Positions 38,223 through 52,148 of a stretch of 64,000 nt of DNA are shown piece by piece (the stretch's first letter is position 1; each line of letters opens with the position of its first letter). The position numbers were made by a program, and so were the translations under genes. The notes below the pieces were generated by a model that saw only the letters and a list, made by a program, of their open reading frames with translations, made no database searches and was not told the DNA's origin. The stretch is taken from positions 18,692,916 through 18,756,915 of the forward strand of contig NC_068990.1 in the NCBI RefSeq assembly GCF_001194135.2, read 5' to 3'. Source of the DNA: Octopus bimaculoides (Eukaryota).

Positions 38223-39732
38223 CTATATTTGGATTTAATAATGATTTTTAGAACGGGAGTGGTGTGATTGAAGGAAGATTTAGCTGTTATTTCTAAAAGA
38301 TACGCCACCGCATAGCAACCCCACTTTTGATTCCTGTGCCATATATAGAGCATCAAAACAATGCATTCATTATAATCCTCTCCAGTAAGGTTAAAAATAG
38401 ATAAAAACAGTTCTTTATATTTCATTGCAAGTTAGATTGTTATCTTTTATGTAGTGGTATTCATCTTCATAGGTAAACATTTGGGTCAGGTCACGAGTTT
38501 GGATATAACCCCTTGCTTATATAAAAGCATGTGAATTGGGTCATGGACGTTGATATTCTTCCTCTGTCTAAGTGATAAAAGTATTGGATCATTTATCTTT
38601 CATTCAAATGATTGCTCTTAAAATGGTAACAATAATATGCCTTTCAGAACTGAAATAATAGGTCCCTAATCCACATGAATCAGACAGATTATTATATTTT
38701 CAGAAATATTATATAGTTTATTTTATTTACAAAAATTATTTGTTGATTTTTGCTTTTTTATATTCAATAAAATCGAGGTCACATCTGAATGTGAAATCAT
38801 AAATTATATAGAGAAACCTATTGTGCTTCACTTTCAGAATCCCCATTAAATTATCAGCGTAATCTCATACCATTATTCTAAGATGTGATAAAAATCTTCC
38901 CGAATGAAATCCTCAGAATATAATATTTTCTTATTTTACATTATNNNNNNNNNNATTTTATATTATTTTATTTTATCAATGACATTCGTAACATAATTTT
39001 GCAACTGTGGAAGCTTTGATATAATTTAGATTTCAAAAACATAAAAACTTAAACAAAATTCAAAATGAATAAAACTTTCTTCCCTATGTGGATTTTTGGT
39101 ATTTAAATGAATTTGTCTCATTAAAGAACAAAGTGATATCCGCCTGTTCATGTTAAATTGAGAGTTTATATAACTTTTTTTTTCTGTTTTTACCAACTCA
39201 ATTGCATCCGCGTAACTTCTCTCCATTATAAGTCTGATGCCATTACTTTGTTAAATACATGTTGCTATCCATCGCTTCTCATTGTCTGAGCTTTAAAATA
39301 ATTATGATTATTCTTCTGTTTAAAATCAAAGAACAAAAAACCCTTTAGTGCTTTAATTTCCAAATAATTTCCCAGTAACTATCGGCGCTCAAAATAAAGA
39401 AAAAAAAATAAACAAAAGCAAAAGCATTAGTATTCTACTCTTTATAACCAGATTCAAAGAAAGCAGAGTATTTCTATAATGCATTGAATATTCAATATAT
39501 TCTCCTTAGGTCATAAGTTAAAGTAGAATAATTTCACGTTCTTGTACAAAAAAGAAAAATATATATATATATTAAAAAATCTTATATTCTCTGAAATATT
39601 TTAATAGGGCAAAGTTGACATTTCCCAACAACAATTAGGTTTCACCATTGTTTATATATTGTGTTGAAATATTAAATTTTATGCATCATACAAGCAGTGC
39701 TTGCATCAGTAAGAAACCAGAATATGTAATAC

Positions 39733-39915
39733 CTCTTTCTACTGTAGGCACAAAGCCTGAAATTTAGGTAGAAGGGACTAGTCAATTGCTTCGACTCCAG
39801 TACACAACTGGTACTTATTTCAGCGACTCGGTATTCGATCTCAGAGCGTAAAGATGGACGAAATGCATTTGTGCAGCGTGCTAACGACTTTGCCAGCTCA
39901 CCACTTTAACCTCCT
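39733..39915 (-). mobile_element. SINE family A with 13-bp TSD
   Basis: Family A body flanked by GAATATGTAATAC at 39720-39732 and 39916-39928. Confidence 0.85.
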
Positions 39916-42699
39916 GAATATGTAATACTGTTATTTCAAAAGTACTTTTGCAGTTACAGCTTCGTGTGTATCGAAACCATGACAATTGTTATATGTTTCA
40001 ATAATTGACTTTACACTAGTTTATCATTAGTATTAATTTTATCGACACGTGATTGATAAAAGGAGCAAACCGGATTTTAGCTAAGCTGGAATTGGGGCTC
40101 TAGAGATTAAATACCATAACAAATTTGGTTCGATCTATCTCCTTTTTCTTTTAGCTTAGGAATAACTTAATCGTCACCTTTGTTGTTTCTGAAATAACCG
40201 TTAATTAATTGATAAGTGGAATTATAAACCAACTATATCATTTTTTAATCATATTACAATCTCACAGAACACTAAAAGTGACCCCAGCATGATTTAATTA
40301 AAAATAAATACATCGAGGTAAGAAATATTGTTTCTAATTATTTACTTTAATTAACTAGTGAACGAATGAACTGCTGTTCTGATTTTAATCTTTGACAAAT
40401 TCATAAAAAACGGAATACTGTATATGAAACAAAACAGACTTCATATGAGAAAATGTGGCTATAAACGACGATAACAATTTATAATGAATTAGTAATTTAA
40501 TTAGGTACTTAGAGCCCAGCTGAAGTCAATTAAGGACAGGAGAATCGAATAAGGCGTGACTCTGTTGCTTACTCTCCATCACACACACCATATTAGTTTC
40601 TCAAGATTTATACCGATCATGCTATTTGGTTTTCGATATTTGTACGATTACGTAGATGATAAGACTGTTCGTGTGCAGCAAATTATTTTGTATATTCAAT
40701 GTTCAATTCATACCTTACTCATTATCAGAAAGTGCCTGGCGAGGTCATATTTCAGGAAGGTCATACTGCTAATAAAAGTGCACGCGCTGGTTATGTTTCA
40801 CTTCAGATGCATTGCCGGTCAATTGAATGAGAAACCAATTGATTGATTGTTTCATAGATTAGTCTTGTCAAAATCTTTTTGAACTGTAAGCATGGAATAG
40901 TGATCATAAAATAAATAAAGAGGAGATTTGTATAATAATTATATAATATATCATTATTTATATAATAATTATATAATATATCATGATTTTATATGATTTA
41001 ATAATATAATCATATTATTGAAGCGTTCTTTATATTGCAAGGCGATGCACCCTTTTAGCCATACACCAATGGTCAAAACAAATAAAAGCTATGATACATA
41101 GCATAATCTAATAATATAATAATGTAACATAAATATATAATATTTAAATGTCTACCATAATAAGCTCTTGGTTTAGAACGCGGTCTTGCTTAAGAAAGTA
41201 ATAAATTCCACGGCAAGATGATAACTTTCTATAGCTACCGTTTTGCATGTAACACTACAAGCACGTCTTGTTGCTATGTGCATATATTTTTTAATCGACC
41301 GAGCTTACCAGAGAAATCAATGAACATTTCATATTAATCTTGAAGTATTTGCAGCCATTTGTATTTGTTATCCATTTCTGAAATATTTAGAATTAAACAA
41401 CAAAATGAATATGTCATGTAATAGTACTGTTATATTGTGGTTGAACTGGATGGTGATACGTTGGCCATACAAGCCTTTCTCTGTGAGATAGCATAGTAAT
41501 ATAGAAATGTCACAACTAAGACACAAAATTATTAGCTGAAGCGTAATGAAGGTAGAGTAATGACTGTGAACAACACACCAAACATATCTTAGCGTTGAAT
41601 AACATAAACATTGTAAGAACATTCTGAAAGAGAACAAAGAATATTAAAATAAAGCATAGCAATATGAATAAATATAGTCAGTAATCATAGTATGAACGAT
41701 AGAAATGTGTAGCTGAAATGCGTATAAACTGTCATTTTGACAAGAAATAAATGAATGGAATTTTACAATAATTATTATGGAAATTGGAAAGAAAATAATA
41801 AACAGTTGTCAAGCTAGACAGGCTGTGTCTTATAAAAGAAAATGTAGATGTTGTATTCGATTACGTTGAAAGAATTTTAAGTGTCTCAGTCAGATGCAGC
41901 ATTTAGTATGTGGCCTAGTTGACAAAACGTATAAGGGTTATCTTTTATGACTGTCAATGCACTCTCTGCAAGACATCTAACTGTTGCAAGCTGAATAGTC
42001 TGTATACAACTACCATAAAGATGTATATACGAGCTCTGGCGCCAATGAGGAAGCGTTTATAGGTTGGTTTATTTTGCTAGTAATAACAGCTACCTGTCTC
42101 TGAGATCACACTGGAAATGAGAATATATCAGATAATGTAGGTTAAGGTGTACTAGGTTTTGAGACCCAGAACAGTCAAGGGTAAATTGCTTTCGCTCTTA
42201 TTTCTGCTTGACTAGGTTTCACTTGTGGTTGAGAAATAACAACAAGAGGAACAGCAGCAACAACACTGCATCTCTGACATGCAAGTAGAAAGTACACTAA
42301 ATTTGGGTCCATAAAAAAACCTTATGGGGACCAATAAATGCAATTTCAAAAATGACTGCTATAGTACTTGTCACGTGCCTCCCAATCCAATTTGACTACA
42401 AGCTACGTTGTTATTTAACGTAATTTTGTAAAGAGATAGTGAATTGAATTTAATAGATGAAAGTTAAGAAGACTTTCATATGAGTACATAAATGTATGTG
42501 AGCATATATATATATATATATANNNNNNNNNNNNNNNNNNNNNNNNNNNNNNNNNNNNNNNNNNNNNNNNNNNNNNNNNNNNNNNNNNNNNNNNNNNNNN
42601 NNNNNNNNNNNNNNNNNNNNNNNNNNNNNNNNNNNNNNNNNNNNNNNNNNNNNNNNNNNNNNNNNNNTATAAGTATGTGTGTGTGTGTGTGTGTGTGTG

Positions 42700-43045
42700 T
42701 ACATCTGAAGGCGAGAGACGAATATGGAGGATGCAGAAAGGCACTCCTGCCGAGCCTCAGTAATTCCTAGCGTGACGGCAAAGAACGTGTCTGACATTGC
42801 ATTGTTTAGATGCAAGACTGCTCTTATGATCAACAACTGTTGGAGGCTTCTGATTTGTCCAGTTAGTCACAGTATATATTGCAATTGATGTTCCTGCCCG
42901 TAGGAAGGTGCTCGTAAAAGACAACACACTTCAAGCCCCACCATATTGAAAACATAACCTTCTTTGGCTGAAATACTGCTTTGGGGGTGGTTGTGGTGGC
43001 TCACCGCAATTCTCCCAGTATCATTTGCGATTTACATTCTGTGTA
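42700..43045 (-). pseudogene. Decayed mariner (DD34D) transposase catalytic fragment
   Basis: Minus-strand frames give NVNRK*YW..GEPPQPPPK, KEVMFSIWWGLKCVVFYEHLPTGRNINCNIYCD*LDK, RAVLHLNNA and LHPPYSSLA, matching the mariner WWD and HPPYSPDL motifs. Confidence 0.85.
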
Positions 43046-43051
43046 TATATT

Positions 43052-43245
43052 CGAGGGGGCGCTGAAAAGTTCCTGGTTTTATGGGTATCGTGAAAGACCT
43101 GGTTGGGGGCCCAAACATTCGAATTCATTTACAGGGCTTAGAAAAACTAAATGATCGCTACAATAAGAGATTGAATCTGAGAGGGTAATATGTTGAATAG
43201 ACCCATAAGCCAGGAACTTTTCATCGCACTTCTACACCGCTCTCG
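43052..43245 (+). mobile_element. Mini-mariner (internally deleted, both TIRs present)
   Basis: Left TIR CGAGGGGGCGCTGAAAAGTTCCTGGTTT; right AAGCCAGGAACTTTTCATCGC..CTCG|TA. Interior translates GLEKLNDRYNKRLNLRG*YVE*, a mariner C-terminus. Confidence 0.85.
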
Positions 43246-43309
43246 TATATGTCCAGTTCCATTGTACACAACTTGGACAATTGCTTCTTAGTATAGTCCC
43301 GGGTCAATC

Positions 43310-43410
43310 AATAACAAGGGTACTTGTCTACATAGTGGGACTGAACCCGAAAGCACAGAGCAGCAAAGCAAATTTCCTAGCCACACAGCCATGGCTGTGT
43401 ATGCATTGTG
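43310..43410 (-). mobile_element. SINE family B, head fragment
   Basis: AGTGGGACTGAACCCGAAAGCAC..CCACACAGCCATGGCTG. Confidence 0.65.
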
Positions 43411-44047
43411 TGTGCGTGTACGCGTAAGTGTGGGTATGTATTAATGTAATTATGTAGGTTACTCAGTGCAATTGATAACGTGTAACGCTGTACGACCAGT
43501 CGCCAGATGGCCCGTTGGCAACTAAGCTAGTATCTCTACGAACCCTACTCGGTGAGGAGCGATGATTTTGTTCGAAAACTTGCAAGACAAAAGACGAATC
43601 GTGATAAAGGTCTCCGTAGATAGTCAACGGCCATCCAACAGCTGGGAATTAGCAACGACCTATTCTTTATTTAGACATCTCTCCACGAGAAGGAAATTCC
43701 AAAATCACACCCACCCCATTGCTAAGACGGAGATCTTCCTTGTTACCAGAAAACTTGGTTTTGGAGGTGAGAGTTTTAACAGTGTTGAGCAAGTTATTGA
43801 TTTAAAATTTCAGCACGGACGTTGTTGACAGCCATTGTCTTTAACACCGAAAATAAGATAATTTGTCAGTGTTAGTCCTACGTGTTTACGAATTGACAGC
43901 CACAAAGTCTGTAGGTACATATAGTAGGATGTTCCTATGTAATATATTTATATGTATGTACGATGTGCGTTTTTTCGTATGTATATATATATGTGTGTGT
44001 GTGTGTGTGTTTGTGTGTTATAAATGTGTGCATATATAATATTTCTG

Positions 44048-44129
<82 letters not shown>

Positions 44130-45137
44130 CCCACCTGCCTACCTACCTACGTACCAGCCTACCTATCTTTAGATAGATACACACATACTTGCCCCCTCAC
44201 ACGCACACATACATGAAACTACGATACTACAATCTGATTCGATTTTACTTCCCTTGAACAACGAGTTACTGTTAGTATGAGAGAAATGTTCGGTAGGAAT
44301 GTACTATTGTGAGTAAACACACACACACACACGCACACACCTGTCTATATGTAAGCATATTATTATAGAAACATAAATTGATAATTTCACATTGATCTTC
44401 AAGTATGGATTAAAACGCATCGAAATACTTGCACCGTCGTTGCTATATTAGTTGATAGCTGGAGGCTAAACGTGTGTGGTAATGAGTCGGCAGGCTTTCC
44501 ATTTTCAAAGTTGATAAATAGATGTCATCGTATTATATGTAATGGCTGTGGGCAAAAATCTTAAGAGCCTCTTAGTGTCCGTAGCCCTCATGTCAAAGAT
44601 TTGGAACTTTTACATTTATAAGTATATAATTAAAGCATCTTCTGTCTGTTTCTCACTTTCATGTGTCGCTACGAAGAACGTGTTAGTTATAATAGAGATA
44701 AAACAGTATTATAATTTCTTATTGTGAGTATGTCTTGGCGCGATTGTGCTAAGCAATTGCGTATATGTGTACAAATACACCTTACGTAGAAATATTCGTA
44801 CGTAGAGCATTATATACGTAAGTATAATCATGCACAAACACACAATTATATATTGTATATCCGTGTGTGATTGAGCGGGAATTTCCACGTGTTATCTATA
44901 CATATTATGCAGTCAAAAATAGTAATTTGAAATAGAAATAATAGTAAGTTGAAATAATAGTAAGTTGAAATAGAAAGTAAGTCTTCGGGAAGTACAGCTT
45001 TGGGACATTTCCGTATGAGAACTTCGTATTCAGAACAGAACACTGGGGGATTATGCTTGAGTCCCACTGATGCTAACCATACTGAACTTTAATATACATA
45101 TAGGTATACACACTCATAAAGAGTCACATACACACTT

Positions 45138-45227
<90 letters not shown>

Positions 45228-45494
45228 ATACGCACACACACATGCACACACATGTGAGCAGACATATCTACATACATATACATTCGCTAAATAGAATGCT
45301 ATAGACCAATGCAACACGTATGAGATTTTAAGTTAGAAATGGAAGCCATGTGATCGACTAGATGTTTGAATGAGTTGCCCCAGCCTGACGGCAGTTCACT
45401 CGTTCGGGCAGGAGTACAAATAAAAAGAAATAAGCAATATTGATCTTAAAATTCCTTGGTGAGCAAAAGAAGAGACATTACTAGGAATTTGCAT

Positions 45495-45525
<31 letters not shown>

Positions 45526-46088
45526 ATTTGGGCATACACATGCGCAAATAAAGACACATACAACAGGAATACAAAATACAAAATAGTTGACCGTTAGTAA
45601 GGAAAGACACACAGATAAGAAAGAAGAAGGCAAAGGACCATTGATGAGGTCACAGAAGCGTGACCTCTGGCCGAAATACGATTGTAAAAAATAAAATGAA
45701 GCTGAAGCAAATTAACTAAAATGACCATCCCCAAATACATCAATATATGTTTCAACACACAATTTCACATCAAGAGGCTTGCAAAACGAATTTATAAAAG
45801 TGTATATATATATATGTAAAGACACACACATTCTTGGCTTAACGTCGGATCGTTGGTGTATATATGCTTGATCAGTTACCTCTCAAGGTATTATTTATTC
45901 TTTGTAATTCCTTTCGTCTAAATTGTAGTGGATATTACTAGATATATAGTAACACATGTCGAATGAAATTACCTAGATCACATATTCTGTAATGTACTCG
46001 ACTTTATGAAATATTTGCTATTAAATATTTTGATGACGACGCTATATATATATAAACCAGTGGATAGATTCCACTGAAATTAGATAAA

Positions 46089-46233
46089 TAACCTTCGAGC
46101 AGATAGTCAGCAGCGCCGCCTGGCTAAGGCTTGGCTACTCTGCATTGACAAGGGGCAACACCCTGAAACTAGTCTAGTCTGCAGATGCCAAACCAGCAGG
46201 GGGACACTGCTGACCTCCCCTGTTCGAAGGTTA
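46089..46233. other. GC-rich 145-nt nested inverted repeat (rod-like stem-loop)
   Basis: Nested stems TAACCTTCGAGCAG/CTGTTCGAAGGTTA, GTCAGCAGCG/CACTGCTGAC, TTGGC/GCCAA, TCTGCA/TGCAGA and AGGG/CCCT. Confidence 0.7.
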
Positions 46234-46454
46234 TAAAGGACACAGGTTCGTGTGTCACATAGCTAGCTAGAGGCGATGGCTTCTTGGAGCTAATTCACGG
46301 CAGCTTTCGTCCTNNNNNNNNNNNNNNNNNNNNNNNNNNNNNNNNNNNNNNNNNNNNNNNNNNNNNNNNNNNNNNNNNNNNNNNNNNNNNNNNNNNNNNN
46401 NNNNNNNNNNNNNNNNNNNNNNNNNNNNNNNNNNNNNNNNNNNNNNNNNNNNNN

Positions 46455-46487
<33 letters not shown>

Positions 46488-46868
46488 AAGCATAGTTACA
46501 CAGGTGTGCGGTTTCATAGTATTTCATTGTATTATCTGGGCGGATGTCTTCTACTATGGCCCTCACGGTGAGATAATTTCTGAGGCAAAAAGGATACAGG
46601 AGAAAATGTGTGTGTGTTAGTGTTTATTCGCAAATATAGAAGAGTGAGTATATGTAATGTTTCTTGGCGTAGCATCGAGGAGGTTGTTGTGTGTTTGCTC
46701 AATTCGCTGTATTTATGTTTGCCATTGAACAATCAATGTAAAAAGAATAACAACTGTACCTGTAAGAATAACACTGCGAATAGTCAGCGGGGTTGTGTTT
46801 TACTCTAAGCCCCCAAACTTTGAAATTTGGACATCTTGACCTAGTGACCCTGTAACCTCGAGATAAAA

Positions 46869-46914
<46 letters not shown>

Positions 46915-47179
46915 NNNNNNNNNNCCACTAACGTGGACAATTAATGCGCTAGAAATAGATCACATCTTGTGTCTATTAAGACCTAAATTGTTCTCAACAT
47001 GAAATATAGCAGCATACCAAAAACGTGAGCGGGCAAGACATTTAAAATCACCTAAAAAAGCATTATTAAACAGGAACACGTGTATGTGCCTGCTTTCGTG
47101 TTTCTAGGTGTACGCATATATGTGTGGATATGTGCGTGCATGTGTTTTCAATTGTGTACTTGCATGTGTACATGTAAGA

Positions 47180-47247
<68 letters not shown>

Positions 47248-48138
47248 TCTCTCTCTCTCTCTATTTATCTATCTACATGTATATACATACATACATACAT
47301 ACATACATACATACATACAAACATGCATGCATATCCTATGAACTTCAAATGGAATGACGTATGTATGGATACGGAAGAGGCGATATTGATAAAAATAAAC
47401 GGTAGTATCAAATATATGGACCCAAAAGTCTGACACTGGCTGCGAACATTAACGTAAATTGGCAGCCCAAGTCTATAGCTCGACACGTTGTTGGCTGCGG
47501 AAAACCTTTTGGTGTATATATTTCAGATGATTAAGGAAATATGGTGCGAAGTAAACTGCAGCTCTGAACTTACGCAGAAAAACGAGAACAAAAATAGACT
47601 CGGTAACACAACCATGCAACAACAATCGCACACATATATATATAAGGCTACATATATATATATATATANNNNNNNNNNNNNNNNNNNNNNNNNNNNNNNN
47701 NNNNNNNNNNNNNNNNNNNNNNNNNNNNNNNNNNNNNNNNNNNNNNNNNNNNNNNNNNNNNNNNNNNNNNNNNNNNNNNNNNNNNNNNNNNNNNNNNNNN
47801 NNNNNNNNNNNNNNNNNNNNNNNNNNNNNNNNNNNNNNNNNNNNNNNNNNNNNNNNNNNNNNNNNNNNNNNNNNNNNNNNNNNNNNNNNNNNNNNNNNNN
47901 NNNNNNNNNNNNNNNNNNNNNNNNNNNNNNNNNNNNNNNNNNNNNNNNNNNNNNNNNNNNNNNNNNNNNNNNNNNNNNNNNNNNNNNNNNNNNNNNNNNN
48001 NNNNNNNNNNNNNNNNNNNNNNNNNNNNNNNNNNNNNNNNNNNNNNNNNNNNNNNNNNNNNNNNNNNNNNNNNNNNNNNNNNNNNNNNNNNNNNNNNNNN
48101 NNNNNNNNNNNNNNNNNNNGAGAGAGAGAGAGAGTGAG

Positions 48139-48720
48139 AGAGTGTTGGGGGTAAGTTCGACAGTTTGCATAAAATGAAAAGAAACCATTATATGTCATCT
48201 TAGCATAAAAGTTTTATTTTTCTTTTAAATTAAAAGAAATGTACCAGATCATAGCTAGGGGATAACAGTTTATTCAAAGTAGCCACCCACAGATCCACGG
48301 CTACAAGACGACACCGCTATCTGGCGTAAGCATTCCTCACTGAGTCTTTATGAAGATCTTCGGACACCTTGATCTTCGGCACCAGCTTGACGTTGTTGTT
48401 GCAAAGTAGTGCGTTTGGTGTCTTTCTCAGCCGTGCCTCATGGCAAAGTAATCCGTAGGATTACAATCGAGGGAGATTAGGTGGCCAGAATTTGGGACTG
48501 ATGAAGTCATATAAATTCTCCGATAACCACTTCTCATAGCCACTTCTGATAAAGTCCGGAATCCTGCTGTCGCACATATGGCCATTCCAGCAACAATCCT
48601 ATCCAAACAAAATCTGAATTCAATCGTTTCAATTGAGAGGCCTCAATTGGGCCATCTCGAATAAGCCTAAGACCCTGTTACATGACGTCAACGTCTCTGG
48701 AAACCCCGCCCTCCAAACAA
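48139..48720 (-). mobile_element. IS630-Tc1-mariner element, 3' part (maT/DD37D-like), decayed
   Basis: Minus frames give RLNSD..DRIVAG/PYVRQQDSG, KWLSENLYDFISPKFWPPN../DCNPTDYF and a terminal GGYFE*. TIR-like GAGTGTTGGGGGTAAGTTCGACAG near 48140. Confidence 0.8.
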
Positions 48721-49109
48721 ACAGGAAGGTAGATACATATATAAATAGACAGGTAGATACTTAGATAAGATAATTTAAACTAAGGCTTGGTTACTCATTC
48801 CCTTCTATTAAAGACATATGAACAGATGTCATTGATGTTAAGGTATATGCACAGATTTACCGACATGTATACTCACAGACACATGTAAACCCCAAATACT
48901 TGCAACTGTCTTGATTGCCTCACACAAAGCAAAAGCAAACTTGCCTGTTTGTTGGTAACCAGCTTGAATTCTGCATAGGAGAACATAAATAAATATGAAA
49001 GAAGTAGGTACACGCACACACACACACACATATATATATATATACATACATATACATACATATATACATACATAATACATACACACACACACACACTCAC
49101 ACACACACA

Positions 49110-49151
<42 letters not shown>

Positions 49152-50765
49152 NNNNNNNNNNNNNNNNNNNNNNNNNNNNNNNNNNNNNNNNNNNNNNNNN
49201 NNNNNNNNNNNNNNNNNNNNNNNNNNNNNNNNNNNNNNNNNNNNNNNNNNNNNNNNNNNNNNNNNNNNNNNNNNNNNNNNNNNNNNNNNNNNNNNNNNNN
49301 NNNNNNNNNNNNNNNNNNNNNNNNNNNNNNNNNNNNNNNNNNNNNNNNNNNNNNNNNNNNNNNNNNNNNNNNNNNNNNNNNNNNNNNNNNNNNNNNNNNN
49401 NNNNNNNNNNNNNNNNNNNNNNNNNNNNNNNNNNNNNNNNNNNNNNNNNNNNNNNNNNNNNNNNNNNNNNNNNNNNNNNNNNNNNNNNNNNNNNNNNNNN
49501 NNNNNNNNNNNNNNNNNNNNNNNNNNNNNNNNNNNNNNNNNNNNNNNNNNNNNNNNNNNNNNNNNNNNNNNNNNNNNNNNNNNNNNNNNNNNNNNNNNNN
49601 NNNNNNNNNNNNNNNNNNNNNNNNNNNNNNNNNNNNNNNNNNNNNNNNNNNNNNNNNNNNNNNNNNNNNNNNNNNNNNNNNNNNNNNNNNNNNNNNNNNN
49701 NNNNNNNNNNNNNNNNNNNNNNNNNNNNNNNNNNNNNNNNNNNNNNNNNNNNNNNNNNNNNNNNNNNNNNNNNNNNNNNNNNNNNNNNNNNNNNNNNNNN
49801 NNNNNNNNNNNNNNNNNNNNNNNNNNNNNNNNNNNNNNNNNNNNNNNNNNNNNNNNNNNNNNNNNNNNNNNNNNNNNNNNNNNNNNNNNNNNNNNNNNNN
49901 NNNNNNNNNNNNNNNNNNNNNNNNNNNNNNNNNNNNNNNNNNNNNNNNNNNNNNNNNNNNNNNNNNNNNNNNNNNNNNNNNNNNNNNATATATATATATA
50001 TATATATATACGTAGAGGGTAGAAAAGTAACACATGAGTTGATATGTATAAAGAAAATAGGACAAGGTAGAAAATGCTAAAATAATTTTATCATGAAGAA
50101 CATTTCAGTACCGGTTTCCGTCTTTTAGACTTGTTCAACTAAGAGTAAAATAAGAAAACCAATTAAGTTGCAGAAAAAAATTGAGTGAAATGTTTTGTAA
50201 ATATTTCCATACTCTTCAAATAGTCTGTCTGTCTGTCTGTCTGTCTCTGTCTTCGTTTGTGAATGCTTGGTAGGTAGGTCGTAGTAAATCTGAAGGAATA
50301 GTTTTTTGTGTATAGAGAATTGATGGTTTAAGCAGGAGCAGCCGAGGGAGGAGAAGAAGAAAAAAAGGAGGAGGAGAATGAAGGGGATAAAGAAAAGGAT
50401 GAAGAAGGAAGAAAAGTAGCAGTATTTGTATAGTTGCGTTAGTGTAAGGGACAAATAATACACAATATCTCACTGCGCGTATAGAGGATTACTCTATTGC
50501 TGGAAGCTAATATACATGTCAATGTCCAACGCACCGATTATGCAGTGTTATGATAGGCATCTTCCAGCCTTGAACAGCATTCCCGGCTGCTCTTAGTAAA
50601 ACTAATTAAGTCTAGAATGACATGTGCATGCATGCATATATATACATATATACATGCAACTTTAATTATATGAATGTGAGTTAGTGCATTTTGCTAGTGT
50701 AAATATGGTCACCTGTGTAGATGCGTGCAAGTATGTATGGATGTATGCATGTAGGTATGTAAGTG

Positions 50766-50817
<52 letters not shown>

Positions 50818-51070
50818 NNNNNNNNNNNNNNNNNNNNNNNNNNNNNNNNNNNNNNNNNNNNNNNNNNNNNNNNNNNNNNNNNNNNNNNNNNNNNNCATGT
50901 GCGTCACAAATAGTCCCGTATGAAAAAAAGTCCCGTGTGGAAGGGATTACGGTTTAGCCATCTAACTTAGAGATATCAAATATAAAATATACAAGAATAA
51001 GGGCAGAGAATCGTCAATTAATAATAGAATGGTTAAGTGAATGGAAATTTCAATTAATAATAGAATGGTT

Positions 51071-51225
51071 AAGTGAATGGAAATTTCACTATTCCAATCT
51101 TCAGCCTCAATCGTTGATTTTTGGTGTCGCATGGCCAAAAATTACTGTGAATTTTTTTAGAGACACTTTCAAATTTATCAGAATATTGAGGCTGAAGATT
51201 GGAACAGTGAAATTTCCATTCACTT
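51071..51225. mobile_element. Short MITE-like element with 41-bp inverted arms
   Basis: 51071-51111 versus 51185-51225, one mismatch. The right end abuts an N-gap. It is preceded by a 36-bp tandem duplication (51015-51087). Confidence 0.7.
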
Positions 51226-52117
51226 NNNNNNNNNNNNNNNNNNNNNNNNNNNNNNNNNNNNNNNNNNNNNNNNNNNNNNNNNNNNNNNNNNNNNNNNNNN
51301 NNNNNNNNNNNNNNNNNNNNNNNNNNNNNNNNNNNNNNNNNNNNNNNNNNNNNNNNNNNNNNNNNNNNNNNNNNNNNNNNNNNNNNNNNNNNNNNNNNNN
51401 NNNNNNNNNNNNNNNNNNNNNNNNNNNNNNNNNNNNNNNNNNNNNNNNNNNNNNNNNNNNNNNNNNNNNNNNNNNNNNNNNNNNNNNNNNNNNNNNNNNN
51501 NNNNNNNNNNNNNNNNNNNNNNNNNNNNNNNNNNNNNNNNNNNNNNNNNNNNNNNNNNNNNNNNNNNNNNNNNNNNNNNNNNNNNNNNNNNNNNNNNNNN
51601 NNNNNNNNNNNNNNNNNNNNNNNNNNNNNNNNNNNNNNNNNNNNNNNNNNNNNNNNNNNNNNNNNNNNNNNNNNNNNNNNNNNNNNNNNNNNNNNNNNNN
51701 NNNNNNNNNNNNNNNNNNNNNNNNNNNNNNNNNNNNNNNNNNNNNNNNNNNNNNNNNNNNNNNNNNNNNNNNNNNNNNNNNNNNNNNNNNNNNNNNNNNN
51801 NNNNNNNNNNNNNNNNNNNNNNNNNNNNNNNNNNNNNNNNNNNNNNNNNNNNNNNNNNNNNNNNNNNNNNNNNNNNNNNNNNNNNNNNNNNNNNNNNNNN
51901 NNNNNNNNNNNNNNNNNNNNNNNNNNNNNNNNNNNNNNNNNNNNNNNNNNNNNNNNNNNNNNNNNNNNNNNNNNNNNNNNNNNNNNNNNNNNNNNNNNNN
52001 NNNNNNNNNNNNNNNNNNNNNNNNNNNNNNNNNNNNNNNNNNNNNNNNNNNNNNNNNNNNNNNNNNNNNNNNNNNNNNNNNNNNNNNNNNNNNNNNNNNN
52101 NNNNNNNNNNNNNNNNN

Positions 52118-52148
<31 letters not shown>

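Noticed and set aside
45636-45680. TTGATGA-GGTCAC..GTGACC..GAAA hammerhead-like string
   Set aside because: The core starts UUGAUGA, seven extra bases separate stem II from GAAA, and there is no stem III/I. It is only an 8-bp hairpin.
46089-46233. SECIS or HDV-like ribozyme interpretation of the GC-rich hairpin (contains GGGCAACA)
   Set aside because: No RUGA/GA quartet with correctly spaced AAA, and no P3/L3/P1.1 arrangement on either strand.
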